Below, piece after piece: positions 16,983 to 25,868 of a stretch of 64,000 nucleotides of DNA (position 1 is the first letter of the stretch; each line of letters begins with the position of its first letter). Where the stretch lies: sequence record OQ921725.1; one strand, given 5' to 3'. The translations under genes and the position numbers were made by a program. The notes below the pieces were generated by a model. It ran no database searches. It was not told where the DNA came from and worked only from the letters and a program-made list of their open reading frames with translations.

Positions 16983-17393
16983 TTATTCGACCTGGTCCAG
17001 GAACTCGATGTCGGACTTCAGGGTCTTCGCCTGGCGCTGGTACTTGGCCAGGTCGCGCTTCGCCTTGTCGAGGTCACGCTGCCGGTCGGCGACCCGCTCC
17101 ATCGTGTCCTCGATCGCGTTCTGGACCCGGGCCAGTTCGGCGCGGCGGACGTCGGCCTCGGAGCGGGTGCCACTGTTGGTCTCGATCCAGGCCACGAACT
17201 CGTCGAGTTCGGCGGCGACGAAGTACTTCAGCTTGCCGTTGCGCTTGACCAGCTTCGGGAGACGGTCGGCGTAGTTGGAGAACCTGGAGGACAGGGACTG
17301 TGCCGAGATGCCGGTCCGCTTCTCGAAGTCGGTCCGGGTCTCCAGCTCGTTCTCGCGCCCCTGGAACTCGGGACGCAGCCAGATCTCGGCCAT
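16983..17393 (-). CDS. putative HTH plus coiled-coil protein
   Basis: N-terminal FEKRTGISAQSLSSRF...LPK..KYF..AEL (AlpA/MerR-like); C-terminal heptads. Confidence 0.65.
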   Translation of the reverse strand: MAEIWLRPEFQGRENELETRTDFEKRTGISAQSLSSRFSNYADRLPKLVKRNGKLKYFVAAELDEFVAWIETNSGTRSEADVRRAELARVQNAIEDTMERVADRQRDLDKAKRDLAKYQRQAKTLKSDIEFLDQVE

Positions 17394-17395
17394 GT

Positions 17396-18508
17396 TCAGG
17401 AAACCCTCTCGCTGTGGAACTGACGAACGGCGTCGGCGTGCCAGACCTCGGGCAGGTCGGCGTTCTCGGCGGCGGCCTGGAGCTTCAGCAGCTCGACGAC
17501 CTTCGCCTTCGGGTCACCCTCCTCGTGGGCCCGCCACTCCAGCCAGACGTCCATCGCCTTGCGGACGTGGCTGACCTGGTCGCGGCGGTCCTTGTCGGTG
17601 GGCTTCCGGTTGCCCTTGTTCATGTACTGGCGGCGCAGCAGGTGACGCGGGTCCTCGCCCTTGGGCCCGATCCGGGGGAAGCCGTCCCGGTAGCCCGGCT
17701 TCAGGCCGTTCAGGAACTCCTGGACGTGCGAGGCGTTCGCACCGGCCGCCAGCGCCATCATGACGGAAGCCGCCAGGGCGCTCGGCGGGATCCGGCTTGC
17801 CGCCGCCTGGAGCACGTGCTTCATCCAGGAGCCGGAGCCCTCCCACGTCTCGTGGAAGAAGGGCCAGCCGTGGACCAGCTCGTAGATCTCCTGGTTGCTG
17901 GCGTCGGCGACGGTCCACTCGGTGCGCTCGGTGCCCCGGATGACCGGGAGGATGAGCTTGGCGGCGGCGGCCGACTGGTCCGGGTAGGGGATGTCACCGA
18001 GGAGCTGACCGGCGTTGCGGCCACGACCCGTGTCGAGCACGGAGAAGGTGCCCCACTGGCCGTTCGTGGTGACCGGGACCTCGATCGTCTTACCCGACAG
18101 GGCGCAGGCGGCGAACCGGTGCTGGCCGTCGAGCAGGAAGCCGTCCTCCGTGAAGACCACGGAGGTGGAGATCCGGTCGTCCCAGCCGCCGTCGGCGACG
18201 ATGGAGACGAGACCCTTGTTCTTCTTGGTGCCGTTGAGCGTCGTGATGAGGAAGCGGCGGTTGGCCGTGACCTCGGGGTGCCGCAGTTCGCGCGGCATCC
18301 GCTCGACGCGGATCACCCGGTACTTGAGGACGTCGCGCGCCATCTCGGGGGTGATCTTCATGGACGGGTGCGGGTAGGGCCGCTCGGGGTTCTTCTTCAG
18401 GTACTCCTGCGGCGTCTCCGGGATCGGGAACCGCGCCTTGCGGGGGTCCGAGACGAACTCGAATCCCAGCATCCTCTCGATGGTCGAAAGGTTCTCTTCT
18501 CGCGCCAC
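17396..18508 (-). CDS. ParB/Srx-like N-terminal domain protein
   Basis: ITPEMA..L...NRR...G.W....LLDGQHRFAA...SG.TI.V.V...LDTGRGR. Confidence 0.75.
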   Translation of the reverse strand: MAREENLSTIERMLGFEFVSDPRKARFPIPETPQEYLKKNPERPYPHPSMKITPEMARDVLKYRVIRVERMPRELRHPEVTANRRFLITTLNGTKKNKGLVSIVADGGWDDRISTSVVFTEDGFLLDGQHRFAACALSGKTIEVPVTTNGQWGTFSVLDTGRGRNAGQLLGDIPYPDQSAAAAKLILPVIRGTERTEWTVADASNQEIYELVHGWPFFHETWEGSGSWMKHVLQAAASRIPPSALAASVMMALAAGANASHVQEFLNGLKPGYRDGFPRIGPKGEDPRHLLRRQYMNKGNRKPTDKDRRDQVSHVRKAMDVWLEWRAHEEGDPKAKVVELLKLQAAAENADLPEVWHADAVRQFHSERVS

Positions 18509-18608
18509 TTTTCTCTCACCTTTCCGGGTGTGTGACTACATAGAACACGATCGAGGTGGCGGCCGTCAAGACGATGGTCGAGACGGCCGCCACCCGGATG
18601 TTCTCCGG

Positions 18609-19034
18609 CTAGTTGCCGGAGAAGGCGTCGCCGACGGCTTCCCCGATGGCCTTGAAGACCTTGCCGATTCCCTCGGCGCAGTCCTCGACGATGTCGCCGA
18701 CCGCCTCGCCGAACCCGCGTGAGCCGCTGGAACTCCGGCCGCCCCCGGCCGTAACGGGGGCGGAAGAAGAGCCTGCGGTCACGGAGTCGTGCACCACCCG
18801 GCAATGACCGATGATCATCTGGCGGGCTGTGTACTCGCCGATGTGCATCGGTGCACCGCACAGGACGCAGCACCACATCAGGTCGTCCTCGTTCCAGCGG
18901 ATCATGTTCGCCGGGTTGTTCCGCTGCGGCGTGTGGTCCTTCTCGTGCGCCGCGATGGCAAAATCGAAGAGCCGGTCGCTCTTGTCGAACGGCTTTCCGC
19001 AGGTCGGGCAGAGGTAGGTGTCGTCGGTGCTCAC
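18609..19034 (-). CDS. zinc-finger protein with Gly-rich helical tail
   Basis: CPTC..H.H and CVLC..HC motifs. Confidence 0.65.
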   Translation of the reverse strand: MSTDDTYLCPTCGKPFDKSDRLFDFAIAAHEKDHTPQRNNPANMIRWNEDDLMWCCVLCGAPMHIGEYTARQMIIGHCRVVHDSVTAGSSSAPVTAGGGRSSSGSRGFGEAVGDIVEDCAEGIGKVFKAIGEAVGDAFSGN

Positions 19035-19522
19035 CCTCGGGCCTCCTCTTCCAGGGTGGACTGGATAAATCCGACGGCCGCGCACATGGCGGCGCCGACG
19101 GTGAACGCCAGGGCTTTCTCCTCGCCCAGGCTGGCCAGCATGGCGAACGGGATCGTCCAGGCACCCTCGTCCTTCTCCTCGGCCCGGCTGGCGATGGGGA
19201 GCATCTTCAGCAGCCCCACCGTGCCGTCGGAGAGCTGGAGGTTCACCGGCACCATGTCCTCGTGGTACCGGTGCGCGAACTGCCAGCAGAGAGTGGCGAC
19301 CACCGGGTACCAGCCGTGCCGGTCCACCTTCTGCTGGAGTTCGGCCAGAACGGTGTCGACGGACTCCTCGCCGCCCTGCTCCGACTCGATCAGCCGGTTC
19401 AACAGGGCGGGTTCGAACTCCTGGAGGTCGTTGATCTGCTCCTGGGTGATGTCAGGGAACTCCTGCTGCGGGAGCGGCTTGCCCTCGGCCATGAGGGTCA
19501 GCACGTCGGTGACGGAGAGCAT
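19031..19522 (-). CDS. hypothetical protein
   Basis: Coupled overlaps. Confidence 0.7.
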   Translation of the reverse strand: MLSVTDVLTLMAEGKPLPQQEFPDITQEQINDLQEFEPALLNRLIESEQGGEESVDTVLAELQQKVDRHGWYPVVATLCWQFAHRYHEDMVPVNLQLSDGTVGLLKMLPIASRAEEKDEGAWTIPFAMLASLGEEKALAFTVGAAMCAAVGFIQSTLEEEARG

Positions 19523-19788
19523 CAGACGGCATCCTTCGGGTCGGCCGGGCGGCACAGGTAGACGTGGACGTACCGGACGGAGTGGGCGGGCCTGGATTCC
19601 TGGACGGTGCGGGGGACGACGATCTCGTAGGCGTTGCCGTCCTTGTCCTGGAAGATGTGCCCCTCCGGGAGGACGGGGCCGGTAGGCCAGACGTCCCAGT
19701 CGTAGGGCTCGTGGCGGATCTCGGTCGCCTCGAACTCGCCGTCGAAGTAGTCGGGCCGCTTGCCCAGCGGCTTGATCTTGATGGTCAC
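19522..19788 (-). CDS. hypothetical protein
   Basis: GGAAAGGGAGAG RBS. Confidence 0.7.
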   Translation of the reverse strand: MTIKIKPLGKRPDYFDGEFEATEIRHEPYDWDVWPTGPVLPEGHIFQDKDGNAYEIVVPRTVQESRPAHSVRYVHVYLCRPADPKDAV

Positions 19789-20318
19789 TTCTCTCCCTTT
19801 CCGATGCGGTCAGACTCCCTGACCACGGTCAGGCCGTCCTGCGGCAGCAGGAGGCCGGTGAACTGATCGTCCCAGCCGGGCACGATCTTGGTCTCGATCC
19901 CCTCGTCCTCCCAGACCTCGATCACGGCCGGATTGTCGTCGTGCGCCTTCACCACGACGAATCCGTTGGCCCGGATCTTCGCCAGGATCTCCCGCTTCAC
20001 GATCGCGTCCTTGCGGAAGTCGTCGTTCGCCCGCGTCCAGATGCTGTCGAACGGGATCTGGCAGCTCTCCAGCCACTTCCGGGTGAGGGTCCGGTACCGG
20101 GCCATGCGGGCGGTCACCACGAGGACGGCCCGGCCTTTCGCCTTGGCCTCGTGCACCCGCTCGACGACCTCGGGGTGCGGCGGGCAGAAGGCGGAAGCCA
20201 TGTGGAAGGAGTGGAAGTCGCGGTTCGGAGGAGTGACGTAGTGACGCACGCTGCTGACGTTGCACAGAGTGCCGTCAACGTCGAATATCTCCGCTTCCTG
20301 CTGTTGTGTCTGGTTCAT
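19785..20318 (-). CDS. HAD-family polynucleotide 3'-phosphatase (PNK phosphatase-like)
   Basis: IFDVDGTL motif I, VVTAR, R...D.RKD.IVK.E, DDNP.V..VW. Confidence 0.85.
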   Translation of the reverse strand: MNQTQQQEAEIFDVDGTLCNVSSVRHYVTPPNRDFHSFHMASAFCPPHPEVVERVHEAKAKGRAVLVVTARMARYRTLTRKWLESCQIPFDSIWTRANDDFRKDAIVKREILAKIRANGFVVVKAHDDNPAVIEVWEDEGIETKIVPGWDDQFTGLLLPQDGLTVVRESDRIGKGEK

Positions 20319-20330
20319 GTCGATTCACCC

Positions 20331-20816
20331 CTATCGGAAGCACTCGGAGCAGGGGGTCGAGCCCCTGCCGCCGTTGACCAGGTTGGTCACACCGCACTCG
20401 GCGATGTACACGTTCAGATCCCACGATCCGCCGTAGTGCTGGACGCGGGCGGCCCGGTGGAAGGTCCGACTTCCGGCGGCCTCGTGGAGGTTGATCACCC
20501 CGCACACCAGACGGTGCCCCACCGGCTCGTAGATGCTGGCCCGGGAGTCGAAGCAGACCTTGCAGACGTAGACCAGCAGCGCCTGGCCAGCCCACCGTTC
20601 ACCGCTGTTGGCCAACATCCGCAGCTCGCGGGAGATGTCCGTGCGGATCTGCTCGTGGTCCACGGGGTAGGTCTGCGCGACGCGTCCGTAGTTCGACAGC
20701 ACCACCTCGGCCACCTTCAGCCGGTCCTCGAACGGCATGTTCGGGAGCAGCTTCTCGCCCAGCCTCTCCGCCTCGCGAATGCGGGTGGGATGCGTGACGT
20801 TGTCCATGTTCGTCAC
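20331..20816 (-). CDS. hypothetical Cys-containing protein
   Basis: CKVC and CSEC motifs. Confidence 0.7.
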   Translation of the reverse strand: MTNMDNVTHPTRIREAERLGEKLLPNMPFEDRLKVAEVVLSNYGRVAQTYPVDHEQIRTDISRELRMLANSGERWAGQALLVYVCKVCFDSRASIYEPVGHRLVCGVINLHEAAGSRTFHRAARVQHYGGSWDLNVYIAECGVTNLVNGGRGSTPCSECFR

Positions 20817-20819
20817 GAT

Positions 20820-21296
20820 TCAGAACCCCTTGGACTCCCAGCGCACGCCGTACAGGCCGAGGCGGGGGTCGTTGGTCTGGGAGACGAGGGAGACCGTGTA
20901 GTGCCAGCCGCACTGCGTGCAGGTCTCGCTCCAGCCGCCGGTCCTCTTGGCCAGGTCGGAGCTGACGTCTGCGTAGTTGAGGTGCCGGGCGTTCAGGGTG
21001 CAGCAGGGAGAGGTGGTGATGACCTTCTCCGTGCTGCCCCTCTGGTAGACGGCGGGCCGGATCACGGCGACACCCGTGCGCGAGGAGCGGTAGTTCTCGT
21101 AGGGCTCGCCGATCAGGTAGGTACGGGGCGAATCGGTGCGAACCCACACCCCGTCGCCGTTCTTCTCGTACTCGTTGATCGAGATCCAGGCGCCCATCCC
21201 CAGGTGGGTGCCGTGATCCTCGTCGAACCCCTCGATCGTGCGGAGCTGCCCCTGGTAGACGACCTTGTCGCCACGCTTCGGTTCCATGGGTTCCAT
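20820..21296 (-). CDS. hypothetical protein with C-terminal zinc ribbon
   Basis: SPCC...CTQCGW. Confidence 0.7.
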   Translation of the reverse strand: MEPMEPKRGDKVVYQGQLRTIEGFDEDHGTHLGMGAWISINEYEKNGDGVWVRTDSPRTYLIGEPYENYRSSRTGVAVIRPAVYQRGSTEKVITTSPCCTLNARHLNYADVSSDLAKRTGGWSETCTQCGWHYTVSLVSQTNDPRLGLYGVRWESKGF

Positions 21297-21356
21297 GCCT
21301 CTTCCTCGTCCCTTCCGAATCAGTTCGCCCGGCTTCCGGACACCTTCCGAGCTGCT

Positions 21357-21551
21357 TCAGTCCCCGTCGATGAGCGGGAAGCCCGTCTTCTTCGTCGCCA
21401 CCAGGCGGCGCCAGCGCGCAGCGGCCAACCTGAGAAGCCTGTCGTGACCGTCGAGCCCGACATGGCTCACCGCGAAGGCGTCGGGTGCCGGTACATCATG
21501 ACGGGCGGCCCAGTCGTAGACCGAGTCCACCGTCTTCTGTCGCTTCGCCAT
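21357..21551 (-). CDS. hypothetical protein
   Basis: GAGAGGAAGGG RBS before ATG 21551. Confidence 0.6.
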   Translation of the reverse strand: MAKRQKTVDSVYDWAARHDVPAPDAFAVSHVGLDGHDRLLRLAAARWRRLVATKKTGFPLIDGD

Positions 21552-21638
21552 CACCCTTCCTCTCTCACTGACGGCCATCGTCAGGTGCAGTCTCACTGCA
21601 CGACCGGGCTGGCTGCCCGGTTTCGGCCTCGGGTCAGA

Positions 21639-21887
21639 TCACGTGCTGGGCTGGCGGTCCCGCCAGGTACCGAACGGCTCCGCCAGCGGGCCGTCTTTGA
21701 CGTAGTCCGGGTCCATCCAGTTCGCCGCCTGGATCGCTCCGCAGGCGCCGCACTCGCCGCCGTCGGAGTGGTTGTGGTACTTCCCGAACTCCTCCCGGAT
21801 GTGCCGAGCCCAGCGGCGCCGGGTCTCCAGCTCGTCGTCGTGCAGCCGGGCCACGGCTCGCATGAGCTGCCCGTCCATTCCCTTCAT
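21639..21887 (-). CDS. hypothetical protein
   Basis: ATG 21887 coupled; H.H....C.AC motif. Confidence 0.65.
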   Translation of the reverse strand: MKGMDGQLMRAVARLHDDELETRRRWARHIREEFGKYHNHSDGGECGACGAIQAANWMDPDYVKDGPLAEPFGTWRDRQPST

Positions 21888-22165
21888 CCCTCTTCCCCTT
21901 CCGTCGGCAGGCCGGGCGGCCTCGGTGACAACCTCGTGGCCATCAGCCAGCCGGTGACCCGGCGCCCCTGGTGCAGCTCCTCTGCCAGCATGCTGACGAT
22001 CTGGCGGGCAAAGTACTCCTGCCACCACCTCGTGAACCCTTCCGGATCCTCGTCGTACGCTCCGACCTGGTGAACCGAGCTGGCCAGTGGGACGCCGAAC
22101 AGCTCGACGATGATCACCGGCTGGCCGTTCTCCTCGGTCTTCCCGATCCGGATGGCGTCCATCAC
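21884..22165 (-). CDS. hypothetical protein (paralog of 22162-22464)
   Basis: Similar pattern to neighbour. Confidence 0.7.
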   Translation of the reverse strand: MMDAIRIGKTEENGQPVIIVELFGVPLASSVHQVGAYDEDPEGFTRWWQEYFARQIVSMLAEELHQGRRVTGWLMATRLSPRPPGLPTEGEEG

Positions 22166-22464
22166 GACTCCCCGAAGGGGCCGAGGCGGTACACGTCACG
22201 GCCGGTCGGCGATTCGGTGCGCCACTTCACGAAGTCGTGGTCGTAGCCCTCCGTCAGCACCTTGGCCAGCATCCGGGCCAGTCGCGTCTCGAAGGTTTCC
22301 TGCCAGTCCTCGGCGTCCTGGTGGCCCGCCTCGAACTCGTGGGCGTCGGCGTACAGAACCGGGATCCCCAGGATCTCCAGCACGTAGACCTCGTTGCCCT
22401 TCTGGTCCGTGGCCAGACCGACCCGGAAGAGGCCCTGGACCTCGTTCACATCGATCTTCGCCAT
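22162..22464 (-). CDS. hypothetical protein (paralog of 21884-22165)
   Basis: GGAGAAGAG RBS. Confidence 0.7.
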   Translation of the reverse strand: MAKIDVNEVQGLFRVGLATDQKGNEVYVLEILGIPVLYADAHEFEAGHQDAEDWQETFETRLARMLAKVLTEGYDHDFVKWRTESPTGRDVYRLGPFGES

Positions 22465-22479
22465 GCTCTTCTCCGTTCC

Positions 22480-22809
22480 TCAGTGTCGGTAGCGGGGGGC
22501 GTTCTTCTCCAGGTGGTAGATCCAGGATCCGGGGCTCTCGCCCTCGCCCTCGTTCAGGTAGAGCTGACGCCGGGCCGCGAACTCGGCGCGCTCCTCGTGC
22601 GTCTCGCCCAGGTACTTCTTCACGTCCTGCGGGGCGCCCCAGGTCGTCACACCCTGGAGGCAGTCGCAGATGATGCCGCTGCCCTGCCGGGACAGGCAGT
22701 TCGTGCCGTGCTCGGGAGGCGGAATCTCCTTGAAGCCCATCTCCTCCAGGATCAGGATCTTCTGCTGCGGGGTGAGCCCGGCGTAGTCGATGGCGAATTC
22801 GTGCTTCAC
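22480..22809 (-). CDS. hypothetical protein
   Basis: ORF, RBS. Confidence 0.7.
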   Translation of the reverse strand: MKHEFAIDYAGLTPQQKILILEEMGFKEIPPPEHGTNCLSRQGSGIICDCLQGVTTWGAPQDVKKYLGETHEERAEFAARRQLYLNEGEGESPGSWIYHLEKNAPRYRH

Positions 22810-22827
22810 GTCTCTTCTCGCTTTCCG

Positions 22828-23256
22828 TCAGCCCCGGCTGCGGGGCTCGAAGTGGGGGTGCAGCAGACCGCCGAACACGGCCACCTGGAGAACTTGGTCC
22901 AGCGTGTGGGGGTCAAACATGCCAAGTTCGTCCGAGTAGACCCACATCTCGCAGGCCCGAACGGTCTCGGCGTCCACCGGGTGGAACGGTTTCTCGGTGT
23001 CGACCTTGTCCCCGCTGATCATCTCGGCGGTGCTGTAGAGGATCGAGTACGTGATGATCCGATCCATCAGGCGTTCACAGTTGAGAGGATCGGTGATCCG
23101 GATCTTGTAGGCCCAGATGTCGGGTGCTTCACCGCGCGCCCACTCGCCGTGCGGCTGGAACTGCGGGCCCGGCGAGTACTCCGACTGCCAGTGCGGGTAC
23201 AGCTCCTGGACTCCGGTCCCGAAGAACAGCGCTTCCGCTTCCTGCCGCAGACCCAT
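22828..23256 (-). CDS. hypothetical protein
   Basis: GGAGAGGGAGAG RBS before ATG 23256. Confidence 0.7.
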   Translation of the reverse strand: MGLRQEAEALFFGTGVQELYPHWQSEYSPGPQFQPHGEWARGEAPDIWAYKIRITDPLNCERLMDRIITYSILYSTAEMISGDKVDTEKPFHPVDAETVRACEMWVYSDELGMFDPHTLDQVLQVAVFGGLLHPHFEPRSRG

Positions 23257-23474
23257 CAGCTCTCCCTCTCCTTCGGCCACGCGATGGCCCGGCCCTGCCG
23301 GATGCCCGGCGGGAAGTGGAAGGCCACGGTGTAGCGCCTGCCGCCCGCCTGGACGGTCCGGGACACCCGCAGGCGCCCCTCCTCCGGCTGGTCGCTGACG
23401 ATCCGTGCCACCTTGCGGTTCGGGCCGACGCCCGGGAAGCGCTCCACCAGGAAGTCACCGACCGCCGAGATCAT
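23256..23474 (-). CDS. hypothetical protein
   Basis: Coupled overlaps. Confidence 0.6.
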   Translation of the reverse strand: MISAVGDFLVERFPGVGPNRKVARIVSDQPEEGRLRVSRTVQAGGRRYTVAFHFPPGIRQGRAIAWPKERES

Positions 23475-23986
23475 CGGGCCACCGCCAGCAGACCCCGCTC
23501 CTCGGCCGCCTGGACGGTCAGCTCAGTGTCGCCGTGAAGCACCGTGATGCCGCCGTGCGAGCGGATCTCGAAGGTGCACAGCGGGGGAGCGGTCAGGTGT
23601 ACGCCGATCTCCGGCAGCCTCTGCTCCACGCCGTCCACTGTCACCTTCGCACCCCGGCCGGTGGCGCAGTTGACGATGCTCCCTCCGGCCGCGACCGAAC
23701 CCCGCCCGGACGACACGACCGAACCCCCGCCGGAGACCGAGGTCCCCATGCGCAGGCCCAGCTTGTCGCGCAGGGTGTTGATCAGGCTGGGCCTGCCGAC
23801 CTCGACGCCGAAGGAGACTCCTCCCGGGCCAATGGGCCCCGCCCAGGCGGCCAGCCCCCGGTCGGCCATGACATCGACCGATCGATACTCGGCCCGCTCG
23901 TCGACCGTGATGGTGACGGGGAGGTCTCCGGCCATGACGATCACGCGGCCGGGGCCACCCAGGTCGTGCTGGTGCACGAGTCGCAC
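23471..23986 (-). CDS. hypothetical protein with Gly/Ser/Val-rich beta segment
   Basis: GGGSVVSSGRGSVAAGGSIVNCATG. Confidence 0.7.
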   Translation of the reverse strand: MRLVHQHDLGGPGRVIVMAGDLPVTITVDERAEYRSVDVMADRGLAAWAGPIGPGGVSFGVEVGRPSLINTLRDKLGLRMGTSVSGGGSVVSSGRGSVAAGGSIVNCATGRGAKVTVDGVEQRLPEIGVHLTAPPLCTFEIRSHGGITVLHGDTELTVQAAEERGLLAVAR

Positions 23987-24007
23987 TGTTCTTCTCCCTC
24001 TCCGGTC

Positions 24008-24358
24008 CTACTGGTCGTTGCCGAGTGCTTCCCGGCATCCCTTGGTGAAGATCTCCCGGGCCCTGTTGACCTCCTGCTCTCCGCCTTCGCCCCGGGAGGC
24101 GTCGAGGACGGCGTCCCGGAAGTCGTTCATCCGGGAGAGGAGTTCGTCGTTGCAGTACAGCGATGCGATCTGGACGGCGTTCGTCAGCTCGGTCGCCGGG
24201 TCGGTGTAGCTGGTTCCCAGGCGCCCGGGGATCTGTACGTCGAGCGCCCGCTGGAGCACGGTCACGAAAGCGTTCTTGGCCCCCGCGCTGTACACCGGCC
24301 GCGTCTCGCCTGAGAGTCGGGGCTTCGGGCCAGGACTGTCCTTGTCGAACAGCTTCAT
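24008..24358 (-). CDS. hypothetical protein
   Basis: ATGA coupling. Confidence 0.7.
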   Translation of the reverse strand: MKLFDKDSPGPKPRLSGETRPVYSAGAKNAFVTVLQRALDVQIPGRLGTSYTDPATELTNAVQIASLYCNDELLSRMNDFRDAVLDASRGEGGEQEVNRAREIFTKGCREALGNDQ

Positions 24359-24852
24359 CGGTCTTCGTCCCCCAGGAAGGTGATCAGTACGGGCGGCCGT
24401 ACGAAGCAGGTGTGAATCTGGTGCAGGTGCAAGATCCCGGACGGCGTCAGGTCTTCCCACCGGGCCTGCCAGTACTCGCCGGTCTTCGTGCTGCGCAAGG
24501 TGCGCGCGGTCGAGCCCATGTGAGTGGCCTGGACGACCTCGACCGACAGGTCCGTGGTGGGGAACTGGGCCCGTATCGTTGCGGCTTTGGCCCGCTCCCC
24601 CTTCTCCTCGAAGAGCCGGGCCGCTTCCTCCAGGAGGCTGGCGTCGTAGTTCCGGCTCTCCTCCGTCGGCCACAGCGGGTCGACCGGGGTGAGCAGACGC
24701 CCCTGGGGGCGCAGCATGAGAATGGCGGCACCCACGGCACACTGATCAGGCTCGGCCTTCCGGGGGAGAACCGCCAGCACGTACATGCCGGGTCCCGGTA
24801 CCTCTTCCCAGTGGTCCCCGGCCTCCGGGAACTTGACCAAGTCGTTTGCCAT
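24355..24852 (-). CDS. hypothetical protein
   Basis: GGAAGGGAGAGG RBS. Confidence 0.75.
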   Translation of the reverse strand: MANDLVKFPEAGDHWEEVPGPGMYVLAVLPRKAEPDQCAVGAAILMLRPQGRLLTPVDPLWPTEESRNYDASLLEEAARLFEEKGERAKAATIRAQFPTTDLSVEVVQATHMGSTARTLRSTKTGEYWQARWEDLTPSGILHLHQIHTCFVRPPVLITFLGDEDR

Positions 24853-24888
24853 TTCCTCTCCTTCCGCGCACGGGAGTCTATCATCAAT

Positions 24889-24900
24889 CGGCCTAGGTCA
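24889..24900. promoter_or_regulatory. palindromic operator CGGCCTAGGTCA
   Basis: Intergenic, just upstream of minus-strand TAGACT -10-like hexamer. Confidence 0.7.
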
Positions 24901-24917
24901 GGCTGGAAACACAGCGA

Positions 24918-24947
24918 AGGGGCGACCCCGATCCGGGGCCGCCCCTC
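24918..24947 (-). terminator. hairpin
   Basis: AGGGGCG.CCCCG / CGGGGCCGCCCCT. Confidence 0.55.
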
Positions 24948-24954
24948 GGGTGGC

Positions 24955-25242
24955 TCAGTCGAGCTGACGCTTGCCGTTCACGACCACGTACTCGTACGCG
25001 TAACGGTACGGCAGCTCGTCTCCACTGCCTTGATCCACCTCGGCCAGAACGGCAGCCTGAAGGACAGTCCAGACCTCTTGCTGGTGGTCCATGAAGAAGT
25101 GGCCACGGGACAGCAGGGGCATCTCCGGCTTCCGGCCACCGTCCGGACGCGGTCGTACAGTGATGACGGCGAAGGCGCCCCAGATGTCGGGAAACAGTTC
25201 GAGCTTCTGCCCGATCGGCAGATTGTCGAAGAGGTCGATCAC
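24955..25242 (-). CDS. hypothetical protein
   Basis: GTGA coupling. Confidence 0.7.
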   Translation of the reverse strand: MIDLFDNLPIGQKLELFPDIWGAFAVITVRPRPDGGRKPEMPLLSRGHFFMDHQQEVWTVLQAAVLAEVDQGSGDELPYRYAYEYVVVNGKRQLD

Positions 25243-25673
25243 CGGAAGACCCCCTCCAGGACGGCCTTGTCGAACAGCCAGATGCCGTACGGGTTGTCGA
25301 CCACGACGTGCTCCGCCTTCTTGCCCTCCAGGAACTGGCGGACCAGGTGGCGCTTCATCTCCTCCAGCAGCGAGGAGGGGAAGTTGTGGGTGTCGGTCGC
25401 GTCCCAGTACTCCTCGAACTCAGTGGAGACCAGGTGTCCTTCGTCGTCCCAGCGCTGCTTCTGCGCCAGCAGGGCCGTGGTGACGGTCGGCTCGTCCAGG
25501 GGCAGGTCCCGCAGCATGACCCAGCCGCGCACGTGGGTGCCGAGCTGGATGGCGGTCAGTCGCAGGGCTTCGGCCGTGGCGAGGATGTCGTACTTGCTCA
25601 GGGCCTGGAGCTGCGGGTAGCGGGAGTAGTCGGTGTCGGCCGCAGCCGTGCTGAACTTCTCGGGGAACTCCAT
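25239..25673 (-). CDS. hypothetical protein
   Basis: AGGAGAAGG RBS. Confidence 0.75.
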   Translation of the reverse strand: MEFPEKFSTAAADTDYSRYPQLQALSKYDILATAEALRLTAIQLGTHVRGWVMLRDLPLDEPTVTTALLAQKQRWDDEGHLVSTEFEEYWDATDTHNFPSSLLEEMKRHLVRQFLEGKKAEHVVVDNPYGIWLFDKAVLEGVFR

Positions 25674-25708
25674 GAATCCTTCTCCTGTTCCGGTTTCTGT
25701 GATGCCAG

Positions 25709-25733
25709 AAGGGGCGCCCGTGGGCGCCCCTTG
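25709..25733 (-). terminator. hairpin terminator
   Basis: AAGGGGCGCCC-GTG-GGCGCCCCTT. Confidence 0.6.
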
Positions 25734-25737
25734 GTGT

Positions 25738-25815
25738 TCAGCGCTGGCCCTCCTCGCGCTCGCGCGCCTCCTTGAGGGCCTTGCCCGGCTCGCGCTGGGG
25801 CAGCTTCTCCGCCAT
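25738..25815 (-). CDS. 25-aa peptide MAEKLPQREPGKALKEAREREEGQR (not in ORF track)
   Basis: Strong GGAAGGAGG RBS, own promoter/operator upstream and hairpin downstream. Confidence 0.6.
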   Translation of the reverse strand: MAEKLPQREPGKALKEAREREEGQR

Positions 25816-25831
25816 GTCTTTCCTCCTTCCC

Positions 25832-25848
25832 TGACCTAGGCCACACTA
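25832..25848 (-). promoter_or_regulatory. -10 TAGTGT plus operator TGGCCTAGGTCA
   Basis: TGACCTAGGCCA 25832-25843 abutting ACACTA. Confidence 0.7.
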
Positions 25849-25868
25849 TCTGATCGAACTCGCCCTGG

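Noticed and set aside
19941-22073. 710-aa plus-strand ORF and similar long antisense ORFs (4060-5514, 6523-8088, 42444-43913, 59301-61166)
   Set aside because: Shadow frames of GC3-biased genes on the opposite strand: Arg/Pro/Gly/Ala-rich, no RBS, and they overlap well-formed coupled genes
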